Below are positions 35,160-39,723 of a DNA stretch of 39,723 nt, in pieces. Source of the DNA: a virus. Its lineage: Duplodnaviria; Heunggongvirae; Uroviricota; Caudoviricetes. The position numbers were made by a program, and so were the translations under genes. The stretch lies in the IMG/VR virus record IMGVR_UViG_2537562231_000011; one strand, given 5' to 3'. Below the pieces are notes generated by a model that had not been told where the DNA came from, did not search any database, and saw nothing but the letters and a program-made list of their open reading frames with translations. How positions within the stretch are numbered: the first letter of the stretch is position 1; every line of letters starts with the position of its first letter.

Positions 35160-36267
35160 ACTGTATATCGGTGGCAGTATTTTTTCCGGCTGGCTGACGG
35201 TCAGCGTCCGTCGCTCGCTGGAGCATCTGGCCGGGTCGTTTGAACTGGGGCTGATGCTGCCCGGTGAGCGCATCCCCTCAGCCCTGCGAACCGGTCAGTC
35301 CCTGACGCTCAGAATTAACGGGCAGACGGTCATCAGTGGCTGGCTGGATCAGGTCAGTCAGCGGATCAGTGCAACCCGTCATCAGATCAGCATCAGCGGT
35401 CGGGATAAAACCGGCGACCTGGTGGACTGTGCCGCCATCCATCCCGGCAGCCAGTGGCGCAACCGGACGCTGGCACAGATTGCCGCAGATTTATGTGCGC
35501 CCTTCGGGATAGCCGTGCGCTGGCAGGTTAACGACGACACGGCTGCACGCCCCTTCAGCTCTTTTACGCTGGAAAACTCAGAAACCGTGGCGGATGCGCT
35601 GACCCGTGCTGCCCGGCATCGCGGGGTGCTGGTGACCAGTAATGCTGACGGCGATCTGGTGTTCACCCAGGCAGGAAGCCAGCAGACGGACAGACTGGTG
35701 CTGGGAGATAACCTGCTTGATGCCGATTACAACACGGACTGGCGAGGACGATACAGCGAATACCGTGTCCGGGGACACGGGCGCGGTGGTGGCAAACGGG
35801 GAGACAGCGAATCCGCCGCCCGTCTGGCAGCACCTGTGGGCGTCATCAGTGATGAGCAGATCGGCCGCTACCGGTCGAAAATCATCCTCGCCGATCAACA
35901 GACAGACACCACCGGTGCACGGCAGCGTGCCCTGCGTGAAATGCGCCGTGCGATTGCCCGTTCAGAACGGTTTTCTGCCACCGTGCGTGGCTGGTTCCGG
36001 GATGATGGCCGGTTATGGGATGTCAATCTGCTGACCGGTGTTTCAGCCCTGCGTTTCGGTATAGAACAGACTGAACTGCTGGTCTGTCAGGTGGAGTTTT
36101 TACTTGATGAACATAACGGGGAAGTCACCCGGCTGGTACTGGCACCGCGTGACGGCTTTATCGTTCCGGCAGAGCCGGACAGTAAGGGCCGGGGTGGTTC
36201 CGGTGACGATGTTGATGCCTTTATTCGCCAGCAGATGAAAAAACAGGGGATCAGCTTTGATGAATGA
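35143..36267 (+). CDS. Baseplate hub protein (Mu P / gp44-like)
   Basis: 374 aa; GTG start; position. Confidence 0.7.
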   Translation: MSSRIELYIGGSIFSGWLTVSVRRSLEHLAGSFELGLMLPGERIPSALRTGQSLTLRINGQTVISGWLDQVSQRISATRHQISISGRDKTGDLVDCAAIHPGSQWRNRTLAQIAADLCAPFGIAVRWQVNDDTAARPFSSFTLENSETVADALTRAARHRGVLVTSNADGDLVFTQAGSQQTDRLVLGDNLLDADYNTDWRGRYSEYRVRGHGRGGGKRGDSESAARLAAPVGVISDEQIGRYRSKIILADQQTDTTGARQRALREMRRAIARSERFSATVRGWFRDDGRLWDVNLLTGVSALRFGIEQTELLVCQVEFLLDEHNGEVTRLVLAPRDGFIVPAEPDSKGRGGSGDDVDAFIRQQMKKQGISFDE

Positions 36268-36871
36268 TGAAGTGTTCAGCCGCCTGATTGCCCCGGTAAC
36301 GCGCGGTATTCGCCTGTTGTTTGGCCGGGGCGTTCTGACCGGCACACATGACGAACTGAAAATGCAGAATGTGCAGCTCACCGGCATGGACGGCGAAACC
36401 TTTGATGATGTGGAGCGTCCCCAGCAGTACGGGCAGATCAGCGTTCCCCTGCCGGGTGCGGAAACCTTTTTTGCCTGTCTGGGCGGACAGCGGGATCAGA
36501 CTGTGGTGCTTGTGGTGGAAGACCGGCGCAGCCGCCCGACCGGACTCACAGCCGGAGATACGGGGGTGTATCACCATGAGGGGCACCGGATACGGTTAAC
36601 AAAGGATGGTCGCATTATTGTGACATGCAAAATGCTGGAGATTTACGCCGATGAGGGGATGCGGGTGGATACGCCGGAGGCCACCTTTACGGGCAATGTG
36701 ACGGTGGATAAAAACCTGCATGTTAAGGGTAATTTCGTGCTTGATGGTACAGGTAAATCAGACGGGCTGTTCACGATGTCTGATGCCGTTATTGCCGGGA
36801 TCACCTATTCCGGCCATGTGCATCAGGATAACGGCAAAGGCAGTAAGACAGGAGCGCCGGAGAATGGCTGA
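36260..36871 (+). CDS. Baseplate spike / assembly protein (Mu gp45, V-like)
   Basis: ATG at 36260 (track begins at TTG 36257); ~200 aa; position. Confidence 0.65.
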   Translation: MNDEVFSRLIAPVTRGIRLLFGRGVLTGTHDELKMQNVQLTGMDGETFDDVERPQQYGQISVPLPGAETFFACLGGQRDQTVVLVVEDRRSRPTGLTAGDTGVYHHEGHRIRLTKDGRIIVTCKMLEIYADEGMRVDTPEATFTGNVTVDKNLHVKGNFVLDGTGKSDGLFTMSDAVIAGITYSGHVHQDNGKGSKTGAPENG

Positions 36872-37301
36872 TATTGCAATTGTATGGGATCAGGGGTGCG
36901 GTTCGCTGCAACTGAACGGTGCCGACTTGCTGACGGATGACAGTCTGCTGACGGCCGTTCTGATTTCGCTGTTTACTGACCGCCGGGCGCTGGCATCGGA
37001 TGAAATCCCTGACGGTACGCGCGACCGCCGGGGATGGTGGGGAGACAGTTTTCGCCCGCGCCCCATTGGCTCCCGTCTGTGGCTTCTCAGCCGGGAAAAA
37101 ACGCTGGCCTCGGTGATAAGCCGTGCCCGTGCTTACGCGGATGAGGCGCTGGGCTGGCTCAGTCAGGATGGCGTGGCGTCATCCGTGGTCTGTCATGCAG
37201 AACGTGTGGGACACGCGCGGCTGGCGCTTTCGGTGCGCATAACCCTGCCTGATGGTTCAGTGAGGCCCATGATTTTTTATGCTGATCTTAAGGGGGAGTA
37301 A
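36864..37301 (+). CDS. Baseplate protein (Mu gp46-like)
   Basis: ATG at 36864 overlapping the upstream stop; MADIAIVWD N-terminus; 145 aa. Confidence 0.6.
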   Translation: MADIAIVWDQGCGSLQLNGADLLTDDSLLTAVLISLFTDRRALASDEIPDGTRDRRGWWGDSFRPRPIGSRLWLLSREKTLASVISRARAYADEALGWLSQDGVASSVVCHAERVGHARLALSVRITLPDGSVRPMIFYADLKGE

Positions 37302-38383
37302 TGCCTTATCAGCCTTTACCGCTGGCACAGTTAATCACGCAGACACAGCAGGATATCAGCCAGCGCCTGCCCGGCTCGCAGCCGGGTGTGAATGAAACCA
37401 CCCTGAATGCCATTGCTTACGCTCAGGCAGGGTTATCTGCTCAGGAGCATGAGCATCTGGCCTGGATTGCGCGTCAGATCATCCCGACCGAAGCCGATGA
37501 AGCCGAACTGCTGAAACACTGTGCATTCTGGGGCGTCATGCGTAAGCCTGCCTCTCGGGGGGACGGGCCGGTTCAGCTGATGCTGACCACGGATGCGGGG
37601 ATCAAGGAAGGTGTGCTTCTCCAGCGAAGTGATGGCGTGGTTTACCGTATCACCACCTCCCTGACCGGTAAGGCCGGTACGCTGAATGTCAGTGTGGAAG
37701 CCGAAAGTGCCGGTCGTGCGGGGAATGCCCCGGCAGGGACAAAACTGACATTTATCACACCGCAGGCGGGGATCAACCAGACGGCCACGGTGACCGGAAC
37801 GGGGATCACCGGTGGTGCGGATGTGGAAACCGTGCCGGAGCTGCTTTCCCGTCTGGTTTTCCGGGTGCAGAATCCACCGTCCGGCGGCACGCAGTATGAT
37901 TTTGAACGCTGGGCGCGTGAAGTGCCGGGCGTGACGCGGGCATGGTGCCGCCCGGAATGGCCGCAGGCGGGCAGCGTGGGGGTAACGTTTGTTCAGGATA
38001 ATAACCCGGATATTTTCCCCGGTGACGGTGATGTTCAGCGGGTGGCGGATTATATCCGCAGTCATGATGATCCGGCGACCGGCCAGCCTGTCGGACAGCC
38101 TCTGGGGCCGACGGTGACCGTGTTTAAACTGACCAATAAGCCGGTGCCCTTCAGCATCAGGATCATCCCGAAAACACCGGAGAATCAGGCGGCCGTAAAA
38201 CAGGCGCTGACCGACCTGTTGTATAACGAATCCCGGCCCGGCGGTCTGGTTCTGCCGTCGTCTTTCTGGCGGGCGGTGGCAGGGGTGAAAAATCTGGAGG
38301 ATTTTGAAGTGCGCAGTCCGCTGACGTCAGTTCAGGCGGGAGACAGTGAGCTGCTGACGGTAGGAGAAATCACATGGCTGTAA
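37301..38383 (+). CDS. Baseplate J-like protein (Mu gp47-like)
   Basis: 360 aa; start overlaps upstream stop; size and position typical of baseplate wedge J-family proteins. Confidence 0.75.
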   Translation: MPYQPLPLAQLITQTQQDISQRLPGSQPGVNETTLNAIAYAQAGLSAQEHEHLAWIARQIIPTEADEAELLKHCAFWGVMRKPASRGDGPVQLMLTTDAGIKEGVLLQRSDGVVYRITTSLTGKAGTLNVSVEAESAGRAGNAPAGTKLTFITPQAGINQTATVTGTGITGGADVETVPELLSRLVFRVQNPPSGGTQYDFERWAREVPGVTRAWCRPEWPQAGSVGVTFVQDNNPDIFPGDGDVQRVADYIRSHDDPATGQPVGQPLGPTVTVFKLTNKPVPFSIRIIPKTPENQAAVKQALTDLLYNESRPGGLVLPSSFWRAVAGVKNLEDFEVRSPLTSVQAGDSELLTVGEITWL

Positions 38384-38934
38384 CCCTGACCCCGCATCAG
38401 CGCGCCCTGTTGCAGTTACTGCCTGACGGGCTGGCATGGGACAAGCGTCCGTCATCCGTACTGGCATCATTATGTCTGGGCCTCAGTCATTCGACAGCGC
38501 GTGTATCCTGGACGGGTAAACAGCTGCTTGCCGAGCGTTTCCCTGACACGTCGCGCCTGCTGCTGGAAGACTGGGAGCGTTATCTCGGGCTTCCCGAGTG
38601 TGATATGGCCGGAGCCACCCTCACGGAGCGACAGCGTTATGCCGGAAATAAATACCGGATGAAGCCCTCGCTGAACCGTGAATTTTATATCCGGTTTGCG
38701 GCGGAGTTTGGTTATCAGATTGACATTCAGCCCTCACCGGATTCGCAGTGGGTCAGTATTGTCACGATTAACAGTGAAACCGGCTACCGGAATATGAATG
38801 TGCTGGATGATATTCTCACGCCGCTGCGTATTTATGAAGGCGGTGCGCTGGAATGTATTCTGAACCGTTATAAGCCTGCATGGCAGACGTTTATTTACGT
38901 TTATGCAAACAGCCATGAAGAGGAGACTATTTAA
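38374..38934 (+). CDS. Tail protein (Mu gp48 / DUF2313-like)
   Basis: 186 aa; position between J-like and tail fibre genes. Confidence 0.65.
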   Translation: MAVTLTPHQRALLQLLPDGLAWDKRPSSVLASLCLGLSHSTARVSWTGKQLLAERFPDTSRLLLEDWERYLGLPECDMAGATLTERQRYAGNKYRMKPSLNREFYIRFAAEFGYQIDIQPSPDSQWVSIVTINSETGYRNMNVLDDILTPLRIYEGGALECILNRYKPAWQTFIYVYANSHEEETI

Positions 38935-39723
38935 TGTTTCATGTTGATAATAATTCCGGCGTGGCGAATATGCCTGCGCTGGCACCGGCGCAGAGTAATA
39001 CCACCACCTGGTTTACCGAAGGTGACGGACAAAAAGGTATCAGCTGGATTGGTCAGGACTGGCTGAATATTCTCCAGGCCGAACTGCTGAATATTCTGGC
39101 TGAAGCCAGTATTCAGCCGGATAAGGCGCAGTTAAACCAGCTTACGCTGTCCATTAAAGCCATTATCGCTGCGAATGCCTTTTCCCGGAAAAATAACCTG
39201 AAAGAAATTGCTGATGCCGGTGCGGAGGCCCAGCGTCTGGCCCGTGGTTATCTTGGTCTGGGGACGCTTGCCACAAAAAACAGTCTTGGTCCCGCTGACG
39301 TTAATGCCCTGGCGAAGGATCAGAATCTCGCCGACCTGGAGAATAAGGGAACCGCCCGTAATAATCTGGATGTTTACAGCAAAAGCGAAGGTGATAACCG
39401 TTACCTGCGCAGGGAGCAGAACGGCGCAGACATTCCGGATAAAGGGGCTTTTATCGATAACGTCGGTTTACGGGAAACGGTAAACAGGGCGGCGAATGCC
39501 CTGCCATCGGACGGCACCGCCGTTGCCGCGAACAGGCTGGCAAATGCCCACACAATTAATGGTGTTCCCTTTGACGGGACGCAGGATATCACTATCTCAT
39601 CAGGAACAGTAACCGCCATAAGACTGGGGTCGGTGACCGCACATATGCCCGGAACATGGGAAAGCTGGGATCTGAATCTGGGGGGCGGCAATGTTCTTAC
39701 CGGAATTAAAGTACAGGATGTCG
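38934..39723 (+). CDS. Tail fibre protein, N-terminal 263 codons; continues beyond the window
   Basis: Own translation from ATG 38934 (TAATG overlap) is open to the window end: [58 protein letters not shown]..., a typical myophage tail-fibre N-terminus. Absent from the ORF track because no stop is reached. Confidence 0.7.
   Translation, partial: MFHVDNNSGVANMPALAPAQSNTTTWFTEGDGQKGISWIGQDWLNILQAELLNILAEASIQPDKAQLNQLTLSIKAIIAANAFSRKNNLKEIADAGAEAQRLARGYLGLGTLATKNSLGPADVNALAKDQNLADLENKGTARNNLDVYSKSEGDNRYLRREQNGADIPDKGAFIDNVGLRETVNRAANALPSDGTAVAANRLANAHTINGVPFDGTQDITISSGTVTAIRLGSVTAHMPGTWESWDLNLGGGNVLTGIKVQDV

Larger units (their letters stand above)
7305..39723 (+). mobile_element. Mu-like transposable prophage; left end near 7305, right end beyond the window
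   Basis: Complete Mu-order gene set from repressor to tail fibre, TG dinucleotide at 7305-7306, no integrase, insertion inside a coding sequence. Confidence 0.85.

Noticed and set aside
7305-39723. An integrase and att site for the Mu-like prophage
   Set aside because: No tyrosine or serine recombinase is encoded; MuA-like and MuB-like transposition proteins and an insertion inside a gene indicate transposition instead.
1-39723. CRISPR array or rRNA genes
   Set aside because: No regularly spaced short direct repeats and no rRNA-like conserved segments; the only tandem repeat is the 162-bp coding repeat at 1742-2170.

Overview
The window holds three nested mobile-element layers, with no CRISPR array, rRNA or convincing tRNA. 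(1) 1..~314: the terminal part of an insertion sequence on the minus strand (HTH transposase subunit, IS66/IS3-type), abutting a portal gene. (2) ~315..7305: the late-gene block of a degraded lambdoid (HK97-like) siphophage: portal, an unusual tandem-repeat protein where protease and major capsid genes are expected, head-tail connector/adaptor genes, major tail protein, a chaperone pair with a -1 frameshift site, and a tape measure gene that stops abruptly. (3) ~7305..39723: a Mu-like transposable prophage inserted into that tape measure gene, running off the right edge. It has Mu order: left end with repeated transposase-binding motifs, repressor, Ner, transposase A and B, a variable accessory region, Gam, GemA-like, Mor/C-family activator, lysis cassette, terminase, portal, F, G, I, major head, sheath, tube, tape measure, baseplate and the start of the tail fibre. 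All product calls rest on reading the ORF-track translations against remembered family features; no database search was run. The most interesting material is the accessory region between transposase B and the Mor/C activator (two AT-rich islands of small unknown genes, one transcribed antisense), a tRNA-like structured element between F and G, and the G-I intergenic region at the genome centre.
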